Shown: positions 7,312 to 17,225 of the stretch, piece by piece
Layout: every line of letters begins with the position of its first letter
How positions within the stretch are numbered: position 1 is the stretch's first letter
NCBI RefSeq assembly: GCF_001598795.1
Contig: NZ_BCZP01000021.1
Span: forward strand, 1-32,000
Source: Delftia acidovorans NBRC 14950
GTDB taxonomy: Bacteria > Pseudomonadota > Gammaproteobacteria > Burkholderiales > Burkholderiaceae_C
DNA length: 32,000 nucleotides
Direction of reading: 5' to 3'
The notes under the pieces: model-generated
What the model was told of the DNA's origin: nothing
The model's input: only the letters and a program-made list of their open reading frames with translations
Database searches by the model: none
Program-made: the position numbers and the translations under genes

Positions 7312-8306
7312 ACACTTTCCATCCCGCGCGCCGCGCACTGTTGGCCGCAGGCGGCGCCGCCCTGCTGGGGCCGCTGTGCAGCCCCGCCGCCCAGGCGCAG
7401 CCCGCATGGCCGGCAGGCAAGCTCATCACCTGGGTTGTGCCCTATCCGCCCGGCGGCAGCACCGATGTGCTGGGCCGCCAGGTGGCACTGCAACTGGGCA
7501 AGGCCCTGGGCAGCACCGTGATCGTGGACAACCGCGCGGGCGCCACGGGCACCATCGGCGCGGCCTATGTGGCCAAGGCGGCGCCGGACGGCCACACGCT
7601 GCTGGGCACCTCCATCGGCCCGCAGGCGATCGCGCCCCACCTCATGGGCAAGCTGCCCTATGACCCGATTGCGGGCTTCGAGCCGGTCATCACCATAGGC
7701 ACCATCCCCCATTTGCTGGTGGTGGGCGCGGCCCAGCCCTTCCAGTCGGTGGCCGATCTGCTGGCCGCCGCCAAGGCGCAGCCGGGCCAGCTGGCCTTTG
7801 CCTCGGGCGGCAGCGGAACCATCTTGCAGATGCAGGGCGAGCTGCTGCAAAGAAAGGGCGGCGTGCGCTTCATCCATGCGCCCTACAAGGGCGACACGCC
7901 CGCGCTGCAGGACACGCTGGCGGGGCAGGTGCAGTTCATGTTCGCCCCCGTGGCGGCCGCGCTGCCCCATGTGCAGGGCGGCAAGCTGCGCGCGCTGGCC
8001 GTGACCTCGGCGGCGCGCCTGAAGGCCCTGCCTGACGTGCCCACCATGGCCGAGGCCGGCATCGGCGACTTCGTGGTCGAGCAGTGGCAGGCCGTCTTTG
8101 CGCCGGCCAGGACGCCGGCCGCCATCGTGCAGCGGCTGAACCAGGAGATCGGCCAGGCGCTCAAGGACCCGGCCGTCGTGGCACTGGCCGAGCGGCTGGG
8201 CGTGACCCTGGTCGGCGGCACGCCGCGGCAATTGGGCGAGCTGCAGAAATCCGACTCCGCCAAGTGGGCCCAACTCATCCGCGAGGCCGGCATCAAGGCC
8301 GACTGA
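7308..8306 (+). CDS. Bug/TctC-family substrate-binding protein (2 of 4)
   Basis: Frame of ORF track 7284..8306. ATG 7308 is preceded by GGAGACAAA (7297-7305) and overlaps the upstream stop as ATGA. Tat-like signal MNTFHPARRALLAAGGAALLGPLCSPAAQAQ, then ITWVVPYPPGGSTD and APYKG. Confidence 0.9.
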   Translation: MNTFHPARRALLAAGGAALLGPLCSPAAQAQPAWPAGKLITWVVPYPPGGSTDVLGRQVALQLGKALGSTVIVDNRAGATGTIGAAYVAKAAPDGHTLLGTSIGPQAIAPHLMGKLPYDPIAGFEPVITIGTIPHLLVVGAAQPFQSVADLLAAAKAQPGQLAFASGGSGTILQMQGELLQRKGGVRFIHAPYKGDTPALQDTLAGQVQFMFAPVAAALPHVQGGKLRALAVTSAARLKALPDVPTMAEAGIGDFVVEQWQAVFAPARTPAAIVQRLNQEIGQALKDPAVVALAERLGVTLVGGTPRQLGELQKSDSAKWAQLIREAGIKAD

Positions 8307-8354
8307 ACCGCTTGCATCTTCCTGTTTTCCTTCACCTCATCTCACTGGACCATC

Positions 8355-9041
8355 ATGAGCCAACTCCCAGAAATCATCCGTGACATACAGCGCGTGGACG
8401 CCCAAGTCGTGCAACGCGCAGCAGGCTTTCAGGCCGCCATCCTGGCCGACGTGGCGGGCCGCCGCGGCACCATGCATTCGCGCGTGGCGCCCGTGCATCA
8501 GGGCATGAAAGTGGCCGGCCCGGCCTTCACCGTCGAGGTGCGCCCCGGCGACAACCTCATGATCCACGCCGCCATTGCGCTGGCCCGGCCCGGCGACGTG
8601 CTGGTCATCGACGGCAAGGGCGACCAGACGGCGGCGCTCATGGGCACGCTGATGCTCAGCGCCTGCAAGAAGCTGGGCCTGGCCGGTGTCATCGTGGACG
8701 GCGCCATCCGCGACCGCCTGGAGCTGCTGGAGCTGGACTTCCCCGTGTTCAGCGCAGGCTTCAATCCCGCAGGCCCGACCAAGTTCGTGCCAGGCCGCAT
8801 CAACCACGCCATCTCCGCTGGTGGCACGACGGTTCACCCGGGCGACCTGGTGGTGGGCGATGCCGATGGCGTGGTCGTCATCGAGCGCGCCAAGGCCCCC
8901 GCCATGCTGGAGCTGGCCGTGAAGAAGGTGGCGGACGAAGCCGCCCGCATCGAGGCCATTGCGCGCGGCGACACCGCATCGAAGTGGCTGCCCGCGGCCC
9001 TGCGCGCGGCCGGCGTGCTCAAGGAAGGGGAATCGCTGTGA
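8355..9041 (+). CDS. RraA-like protein / 4-hydroxy-4-methyl-2-oxoglutarate (HMG/CHA) aldolase-oxaloacetate decarboxylase family
   Basis: ORF track, 228 aa. Motifs are AILADVAGRRGTM, MKVAGPAFTVEVRPGDNLMIHAA, PGDVLVIDGKGD, GVIVDGAIRD and GDLVVGDADGVVVI, the RraA-fold pattern. Confidence 0.85.
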   Translation: MSQLPEIIRDIQRVDAQVVQRAAGFQAAILADVAGRRGTMHSRVAPVHQGMKVAGPAFTVEVRPGDNLMIHAAIALARPGDVLVIDGKGDQTAALMGTLMLSACKKLGLAGVIVDGAIRDRLELLELDFPVFSAGFNPAGPTKFVPGRINHAISAGGTTVHPGDLVVGDADGVVVIERAKAPAMLELAVKKVADEAARIEAIARGDTASKWLPAALRAAGVLKEGESL

Positions 9042-9970
9042 GCACCATCATCGTCACCGGCGCCGATCTGGCGCAACAGGCGCTGGACCTGCTGGCCCGG
9101 CACGAGATCGTCTATGCGGGCAAGACGCCCACCGAAGAGGACCTGGTCGCGCTGTGCCGCGCCCATGATCCCGTGGCCATCATCGTGCGCTACGGCAAGG
9201 TGGGCGCGGCCGTGATGGACGCGGCGCCCTCGCTGCGCGTGATCTCCAAGCACGGCAGCGGCACGGACACCATCGACAAGGCGGCCGCCGCCGAACGCGG
9301 CATTGCCGTGGTGGCCGCCGCTGGCGCCAATGCGGCGGCCGTGGCCGAGCAGGCACTGGCCCTGCTGCTGGCCTGCGCCAAGTCGGTGGTGGCGCTGGAT
9401 GCCCGCATGCACGCAGGCCACTGGGACAAGGCCACGCACAAGAGCCTGGAGCTGGGCGGGCGCACCGTGGGCCTGGTGGGGCTGGGCGCCATCGGGCTGC
9501 GCTTTGCGCGCATGGCCGATGCGCTGGGCATGCGCGTGATCGGCTTTGATCCCTTCGCAAAGAACCTGCCCGCCTACGTGCAGCCCGTGGACCTGGAAAC
9601 CATCTGGCGCGAGTCCGATGCGATTTCGCTGCACTGCCCGCTGACCGAGGAAAACCGGGGCATGCTCGGCGCCTCCACGCTGGCGGCCTGCAAGCGCGGC
9701 GTGATCGTGGTCAACACCGCACGCGGCGGCCTGATCGACGAGGCCGCGCTGCTGGCCGCCGTGCGCTCGGGCCAGGTGGCGGCCGCAGGGCTGGACAGCT
9801 TTGCGGTGGAGCCCATGGTGGCCGGCCACCCGTTCCAGGGCGAGAAGAACTTCGTGCTCAGCCCCCATATCGGCGGCGTGACCGGCGATGCCTACGTGAA
9901 CATGGGCGTGGGCGCGGCCCGCAATGTGCTGGAGGTGCTGGCCCGCGTGCCTGCGGCGGCCGGCGCCTGA
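9038..9970 (+). CDS. D-isomer-specific 2-hydroxyacid dehydrogenase family (NAD-binding)
   Basis: Frame of ORF track 8984..9970. GTG 9038 overlaps the upstream stop as GTGA. Motifs are GRTVGLVGLGAIG (GxGxxG), VVNTARGGLIDE and LSPHIGG (catalytic His region). Confidence 0.85.
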   Translation: MSTIIVTGADLAQQALDLLARHEIVYAGKTPTEEDLVALCRAHDPVAIIVRYGKVGAAVMDAAPSLRVISKHGSGTDTIDKAAAAERGIAVVAAAGANAAAVAEQALALLLACAKSVVALDARMHAGHWDKATHKSLELGGRTVGLVGLGAIGLRFARMADALGMRVIGFDPFAKNLPAYVQPVDLETIWRESDAISLHCPLTEENRGMLGASTLAACKRGVIVVNTARGGLIDEAALLAAVRSGQVAAAGLDSFAVEPMVAGHPFQGEKNFVLSPHIGGVTGDAYVNMGVGAARNVLEVLARVPAAAGA

Positions 9971-10003
9971 GCCAGGGCAGGGGCGCCGTGCGCGCCCTTG
10001 GCC

Positions 10004-10023
10004 CATGCATGTGCATGCATGTG
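10004..10023. repeat. Perfect tandem decamer (CATGCATGTG)x2, 20 nt of strict pyrimidine-purine alternation
   Basis: Read directly from the sequence. It lies in the 73-bp spacer before the third Bug gene, just after the GC hairpin GGGCGC-cgtgc-GCGCCC (9981-9997). Confidence 0.95.
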
Positions 10024-10043
10024 ATTTGAGGAGGAGACAAGCG

Positions 10044-11048
10044 ATGTCGAGGAATTTCCAAGAGGTCCGCCGCCTGGCCTTGCGCGGCGGCCTGCTGGCC
10101 GCCATGGGGCTGGCCGTGCTGGGCACCCAGCCCGCACTGGCGCAGAAGGACTATCCGGCCAAGCCCGTGCGGCTGGTCGTGGGCTTTGCGGCGGGCGGCC
10201 CCACCGACGTGGTGGCGCGCGCCTTTGCCGACCATGCGGGCAAGGCCCTGGGCCAGCCCTTCGTGGTGGACAACAAACCCGGGGCCAACACCATCGTGGC
10301 CGCGCAGGCCGTGGCTGGTGCGCCGTCCGATGGCTACACCCTGCTGTTCGGTGCCACCAACCACAGCATGATCCCGGCGCTGTACCAGGGCCGCGTGAAG
10401 TTCGACGTGGTGCGCTCGTTCCGGCCGCTGTGCACGGTGGCCAGCAGCCCCACGGTGCTGGTCGTGGGGCCGGGCATGCCGGCGCGCAGCCTGCAGGAGT
10501 ACATGGACCAGGCGCGCAGCCGGCCCGGCAGCGTCACGGCCGGCACGGCGGGCATGGGCAGTTCGGGCCATTTCGCCACCGAGATGTTTGCGCGGGCCAA
10601 GGGCCTGAAGCTCAACCACGTGCCCTACAAGGGCGCGGCGCCCGTGGTGACCGACCTCATGGGCGGCCAGCTCGACAGCTCGTTCGCCACGCTGGGCTCG
10701 GTGCTGCCCCAGGTGCGCAGCGGCAAGCTCACGGCGCTGGCCGTGGCCTCGCCCAAACGCGCGTCCCTGCTGCCCCAGGTGCCCACCTTTGCAGAAGCGG
10801 GCGGCGGCGACTACTCGGCCGATGTCTGGTATGGCGTGCTCGCGCCGGCCGGCATTCCCGACAGCGTGGCCCAGGCGCTGGAGCGGGTGGCCGTGGAGTT
10901 TGCCAAGAGTGCATCGGCCGCGGAAAAGCTGCACGGCCTGGGCATGGATGCCGAGTCGAGCTGCGGCAGCGCCTTCGCGCAGCGCGTGGCCAGCGAAGCG
11001 GCCTCCTATGCGCAGATCGCCCGCGAACTGAACCTGAAGGCGGATTGA
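10044..11048 (+). CDS. Bug/TctC-family substrate-binding protein (3 of 4)
   Basis: Frame of ORF track 9924..11048. ATG 10044 is preceded by GGAGACAA (10033-10040). Signal MSRNFQEVRRLALRGGLLAAMGLAVLGTQPALAQ, then YPAKPVRLVVGFAAGGPTD and VPYKG. Confidence 0.9.
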   Translation: MSRNFQEVRRLALRGGLLAAMGLAVLGTQPALAQKDYPAKPVRLVVGFAAGGPTDVVARAFADHAGKALGQPFVVDNKPGANTIVAAQAVAGAPSDGYTLLFGATNHSMIPALYQGRVKFDVVRSFRPLCTVASSPTVLVVGPGMPARSLQEYMDQARSRPGSVTAGTAGMGSSGHFATEMFARAKGLKLNHVPYKGAAPVVTDLMGGQLDSSFATLGSVLPQVRSGKLTALAVASPKRASLLPQVPTFAEAGGGDYSADVWYGVLAPAGIPDSVAQALERVAVEFAKSASAAEKLHGLGMDAESSCGSAFAQRVASEAASYAQIARELNLKAD

Positions 11049-11087
11049 TTCGGCCGCCACCCCCTCGAAAAAATCTGGAGACAAGCC

Positions 11088-12044
11088 ATGAAATTCCTTG
11101 CCGGAACCCTGATCGCGGCCTGCGCCCTGGCCGCCGCCGTGGCCCAGGCCGCCTTTCCCGAGCGTCCCATCACCCTGGTCGTGCCCTATGCGCCCGGCGG
11201 CGGCGCCGACGCGGCCGCGCGCCTGCTGGCCACGCGCATGGGCGCGCGGCTGGGCACCAGCATCATCGTGGACAACCGGCCCGGCGCCAGCGGCACCATT
11301 GGCGCCAGCCAGGTGGCCAAGGCGCGCGCCGACGGCTACACGGTGCTCTACGACGCCACGCCGTTTTCCATCAACCCGCATCTCTTCGCCAGGCTGCCCT
11401 ATGCGCGCAGCGCGCTGCAGCCGCTGTCGCTGGTGCTGCTCATGCCCAATGTGGTCGTGGTGAAGGCTGACTCGCCCGTGCGCAGCGTGGCCGACCTGGC
11501 GGCCAGGGCCAAGGCGCAGCCGGGCAAGATCAACTTCGCCTCGGGCGGCAGCGGCACGGTGCAGCGCCTGGCGGCCGAGCTGTTCCGCCAGCGGCTGGAG
11601 CTGGACATGGTCCACGTGCCCTACAAGAGCGGCGGGCCGGCCATTGCCGATGTGATGGGCGGGCAGGTGGACTTCATGTTCGGCACCATGGCGGCCACCT
11701 ATCCGCTGGTCACGGGCGGCAAGCTGCGCGCCCTGGCCGTGGCGGCGCCCCAGCGCTCGGCGCGCCTGCCCGATGTGCCCACCGTGTCCGAGACCGTGAT
11801 TCCTGGCTACGAGGCCTATGAGTGGAACGGCATCTTCCTGCCCACGGGCACGCCCGAGCCTGTGGCCACGCGCCTGCACCAGGCGCTGGCCGAGGTGCTG
11901 CAGGAAGCCGAGGTGCGCCAGCGCCTGAGCGACCTGGGCGCCCAGCCCATGGGAACGACGCCGGCCGAGTTCGCCGCCTTCCTCCAGAAGGAAGACGCCA
12001 AGTGGGGCGAGGTGGTGCGCAAGGGCGCCATCGTGCTGGACTGA
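11088..12044 (+). CDS. Bug/TctC-family substrate-binding protein (4 of 4)
   Basis: ORF track, 318 aa. GGAGACAA at 11077-11084. Signal MKFLAGTLIAACALAAAVAQA, then FPERPITLVVPYAPGGGAD and VPYKS. Confidence 0.9.
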   Translation: MKFLAGTLIAACALAAAVAQAAFPERPITLVVPYAPGGGADAAARLLATRMGARLGTSIIVDNRPGASGTIGASQVAKARADGYTVLYDATPFSINPHLFARLPYARSALQPLSLVLLMPNVVVVKADSPVRSVADLAARAKAQPGKINFASGGSGTVQRLAAELFRQRLELDMVHVPYKSGGPAIADVMGGQVDFMFGTMAATYPLVTGGKLRALAVAAPQRSARLPDVPTVSETVIPGYEAYEWNGIFLPTGTPEPVATRLHQALAEVLQEAEVRQRLSDLGAQPMGTTPAEFAAFLQKEDAKWGEVVRKGAIVLD

Positions 12045-12048
12045 GCGC

Positions 12049-12957
12049 ATGGGCATGACCGACATCGCCATGGCCGTGCCGCACTCGGCCGGCACGAGCC
12101 GGCCTGCGCGCACGCTGCCGCCCCTGGCTTGCGACAGCCACATGCACATCTTCGATGCGCGCTTTGCGCCGTCGCCGCACTGGCCGCGCACGCCGCCGCA
12201 TGCCGACGTGGCCATGTACCGTCAACTGCAGCAGCGCCTGGGCACTTCGCGCGCCGTGGTGGTCACGCCATCGACCTATGGCACGGACAACGCCTGCACG
12301 CTCGATGCGCTGGAGCGCCTGGGCGATATGGCGCGCGGCGTGGCCGTGGTCGCTCACGACGTGGCCGATGCCGAGCTGGACCGGCTGGCCGCGCACCGCG
12401 TCTGCGGGGTGCGCGTGAACTTTGTCTCGCCGCAGTCCTGGGGCGAGACCACGGCCCACATGCTGGTCACGCTGGCGCACCGGGTTGCACGGCTGGGCTG
12501 GCATGTGCAGATTTTTGTGCAGCCCGAACAGTTGGTGGCGCTGGAGCCCGTGCTGGGCGCGCTGCCCGTGCCCCTGGTCGTGGACCACCTGGGCCGCATC
12601 GACCCGGCTGAGGGCGTTAAGGGCGTGGCTGGCGTGGAGGGCGCGGCCCATGCCGCGCTGCGCCGGCTGCTCGATGGCGGCAACACCTGGGTCAAGCTCT
12701 CCGGCGCCTATATGCGTTCATCGGTGGGCGGCCCCTCCTATGCCGACACGCTGCCGTTGGGCCGCGACCTGGTGCGCGCCGCACCCGAGCGCCTGGTCTG
12801 GGGCAGCGACTGGCCGCACACCACCGAGGCGCCGGGCTCCGTCGACGATGCCGACCTGGTCGATCTGCTGCAGGCCTGGGCCGGCACGGACGAGGCCATG
12901 GACCGCATCCTGGTGGACAACCCCGCAAGGCTGTATGGCTTCGACGGCGCGGCCTGA
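12049..12957 (+). CDS. Amidohydrolase-2 family, LigI-type hydrolase, paralogue B
   Basis: ORF track, 302 aa; an alternative ATG is at 12055. It has the same conserved blocks as 6376..7311: LPPLACDSHMHIFD, LGTSRAVVVTPSTYGTDN, ARGVAVV, GWHVQIF, LPVPLVVDHLGR, WVKLSGAY, LVWGSDWPH and LVDNPARLYGF. Confidence 0.85.
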   Translation: MGMTDIAMAVPHSAGTSRPARTLPPLACDSHMHIFDARFAPSPHWPRTPPHADVAMYRQLQQRLGTSRAVVVTPSTYGTDNACTLDALERLGDMARGVAVVAHDVADAELDRLAAHRVCGVRVNFVSPQSWGETTAHMLVTLAHRVARLGWHVQIFVQPEQLVALEPVLGALPVPLVVDHLGRIDPAEGVKGVAGVEGAAHAALRRLLDGGNTWVKLSGAYMRSSVGGPSYADTLPLGRDLVRAAPERLVWGSDWPHTTEAPGSVDDADLVDLLQAWAGTDEAMDRILVDNPARLYGFDGAA

Positions 12958-12979
12958 CACTCCAAGAAAGACAGACACC

Positions 12980-13903
12980 ATGTTCCTGCTGCAAGCCCCC
13001 CAGGTCTGCGAACTCGAATCGTTCACCGCCATGCCCAACGCCCTGCGCCGCCCCGAGCGCAGCGACTGGGCCGATGCCAACCGCAGCGGCGCCGTGACCG
13101 ACTCCTTCCTCGAAGGCCCGGTCTTCGACGCGGCCGGCAATCTGTACGTGGCCGACATTCCCTGGGGCCGCGTCTTCCGCATCGATCCGCAAGGCGCCTG
13201 GACCCTGGTGGCCGAGTACGACGGCGAGCCCAACGGCATGAAATTCCTTGACGAGCGCACGCTGCTGATCACCGACTACAAGAACGGCCTGATGCGCCTG
13301 GAGGTGGCCACGGGGCGCGTCAGCCCCTATCTGCAGCGGCGCAACAGCGAGCGCTTCAAGGGGGTGAACGACCTGGTCTTCGATGCCGAAGGCAACCTCT
13401 ACTTCACCGACCAGGGCCAGAGCGGCCTGCACGACCCCAGCGGCCGCCTGTACCGCCTGCGGCCGGACGGCCGGCTGGACCTGCTGCTGGCCAACGTGCC
13501 CAGCCCCAACGGCGTGGCGCTGTCGCCCGACGGCCGCGTTCTCTACCTGGCCGTGACGCGCGGCAACTGCGTCTGGCGCGTGCCCCTGCTGCCCGATGGC
13601 AGCGTGGCCAAGGTGGGGCAGTTCTTCACCTCCTACGGCCCCAGCGGCCCCGACGGGCTGGCCGTGGATGACCAGGGCCGGCTGCTGGTGGCCAACCCGG
13701 GCCTGGGCCTGGTGTGGGTGCTCAACCACCGTGCCGAGCCCGTGCAGGTGCTGCGTGGCGTGCCGGGAAGCTCGCTCACCAACCTGGCCTTTGGCGGCGC
13801 GGACCGCCGCACGCTGTATGTGACGGACTCCACGCACGGGCGCATTCTGCGTGCCCGGCTGGAGGCGCCGGGGTTGGTGCTGCACGGCTTGAACAAGGGC
13901 TGA
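12980..13903 (+). CDS. SMP-30 / gluconolactonase / LRE-like family lactonase (six-bladed propeller)
   Basis: Frame of ORF track 12422..13903, trimmed to ATG 12980, which follows a purine-rich AAGAAAGACAGACACC. Motifs are LEGPVFDAAGNLYVADI, GEPNGMKF, VNDLVFDAEGNLYFTD, SPNGVALSPDGRVLYLA, PDGLAVDDQGRLLVA and LAFGGADRRTLYVT. Confidence 0.85.
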   Translation: MFLLQAPQVCELESFTAMPNALRRPERSDWADANRSGAVTDSFLEGPVFDAAGNLYVADIPWGRVFRIDPQGAWTLVAEYDGEPNGMKFLDERTLLITDYKNGLMRLEVATGRVSPYLQRRNSERFKGVNDLVFDAEGNLYFTDQGQSGLHDPSGRLYRLRPDGRLDLLLANVPSPNGVALSPDGRVLYLAVTRGNCVWRVPLLPDGSVAKVGQFFTSYGPSGPDGLAVDDQGRLLVANPGLGLVWVLNHRAEPVQVLRGVPGSSLTNLAFGGADRRTLYVTDSTHGRILRARLEAPGLVLHGLNKG

Positions 13904-13951
13904 GGCGGCCGTCGCGACCGTCTCGGCCGTCTCAGTCTTCGCAACCGTTGC

Positions 13952-14491
13952 TCAGGGCCTGGCCGGCATGTCCAGGATCTCCCGGGCTTCCTGCAGCAGG
14001 CCTATCCACAGCTGCTCCTGCTGTATGCCGGCCTTGAGCACCAGGTGCTGCAGCCGCCGCTCGCGCGTGGGCGGCTTGTCCAGGAAGTCGCGCTGCTCCA
14101 GGCGCTGGTAGACATCCAACTGCGCCTGGTGCAGTGCCAGCAGCCGCTGCACTTCGTCCTGCAGTCCGCAGGGGCCCACCACCGCCTCGGCACGCAGGCG
14201 GACCATCCATTCCTCGCGCAGCGGCTTGGGGTCTTCCTGCTCGGCCACCCAGCGCTTGAGCTCCTTGCGGCCGGTGGGCAGGATGCGGTACTGGCGCTTG
14301 CGGCCCCGGCCGGATTCGGCGGGCAGGGCCTCGATCCATTGCGCCTCTTCCAGCCGGGCGAGTTCGCGGTAGATCTGCTGGTGCGTGGCATTCCAGAAAT
14401 AGCCGATGGAGCGGTCGAAGCGCTCGGCAAGTTCCGAGCCCGAGCAGGGGTGCTCGACCAAGGCGGTGAGAAGGGCGTGTGGCAGGGACAT
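13952..14491 (-). CDS. PadR-family transcriptional regulator (with C-terminal dimerisation domain)
   Basis: Frame of ORF track 13952..14551, trimmed to ATG 14491. The start MSLPHALLTALVEHPCSGSELAERFDRSIGYFWNATHQQIYRELARLEEAQWIE...RKRQYRILPTGRKEL is the PadR wHTH pattern. It is divergent from fadH. Confidence 0.85.
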   Translation of the reverse strand: MSLPHALLTALVEHPCSGSELAERFDRSIGYFWNATHQQIYRELARLEEAQWIEALPAESGRGRKRQYRILPTGRKELKRWVAEQEDPKPLREEWMVRLRAEAVVGPCGLQDEVQRLLALHQAQLDVYQRLEQRDFLDKPPTRERRLQHLVLKAGIQQEQLWIGLLQEAREILDMPARP

Positions 14492-14568
14492 CGGCAACAA
14501 AGGGACTGGCGCTGGGCGCCATCTTACGGGCCTGCATGGAGGTGTGGCCAAGCGCTGCGGTCATTTCT

Positions 14569-16671
<2,103 letters not shown>

Positions 16672-16718
16672 GGGCGCCGCCCGATTCCGTTTTCAACCTC
16701 AACCACCAGGAGACAAGC

Positions 16719-17159
16719 ATGTCCCAGCCCCCGAAGAACGCCCATCCCGCAGTCGCCCGCTCCCTGGAGCTGTGGCATCGCATGGTTGCCGCCAGCAACC
16801 TGGGCGAGCTGCACACCATCGTCCATCCCGATGCAGTGTTCCGCTCGCCCATGGCGAACACGCCCTATGCCTCGGCACCCGCGCTGATGCTGGCGCTGTC
16901 CACCGTGGTCCAGGTGTTCGAGAACTTCACCTACCACCGCCAGATGGCCAGCGATGACGGCCTGGACGTGGTGCTGGAGTTCAGCGCCAGCGTGGGCGGC
17001 AAGAACCTCAAGGGCATCGACTTCATCCGTTTCGACGAGCAGGGGCTGATCCGGGAATTCGAGGTCATGGTGCGCCCCATGAGCGGCCTGCAGGCCCTGG
17101 GCACGGAGATGGGCAAGCGGCTGGGCGACAAGCTTCCCGCCTTCAAGGCCGTGGCCTGA
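16719..17159 (+). CDS. NTF2-like / SnoaL-like superfamily protein
   Basis: Frame of ORF track 16668..17159. ATG 16719 is preceded by GGAGACAA (16709-16716). 146 aa. The start LELWHRMVAASNLGELHTIVHPDAVFRSP and the overall size and pattern fit small alpha+beta-cone proteins. This is a fold-level assignment only. Confidence 0.65.
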   Translation: MSQPPKNAHPAVARSLELWHRMVAASNLGELHTIVHPDAVFRSPMANTPYASAPALMLALSTVVQVFENFTYHRQMASDDGLDVVLEFSASVGGKNLKGIDFIRFDEQGLIREFEVMVRPMSGLQALGTEMGKRLGDKLPAFKAVA

Positions 17160-17176
17160 GGGCAGGGCGCGCCATG

Positions 17177-17208
17177 AAAAACGCCCCCGAAGTTTCGGGG
17201 GCGTTTTG
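17177..17208. terminator. Bidirectional rho-independent terminator between the NTF2-like gene and the catalase gene
   Basis: AAAACGCCCCCGAA-gt-TTCGGGGGCGTTTT forms a stem of about 12-14 bp. It is flanked by an A-run and a T-run, so it reads as hairpin plus U-tract on both strands. Confidence 0.85.
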
Positions 17209-17225
17209 CCGTGGGCGTCAGCCGG

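Noticed and set aside
10004-10023. Tandem repeats considered as a possible CRISPR or minisatellite. The 3x ACGCCATA at 2453-2488 and 3x CTTCCTCC at 6322-6361 were considered in the same way.
   Set aside because: The units are only 8-10 nt with 2-3 copies, there is no repeat-spacer architecture, and there are no cas genes in the window.
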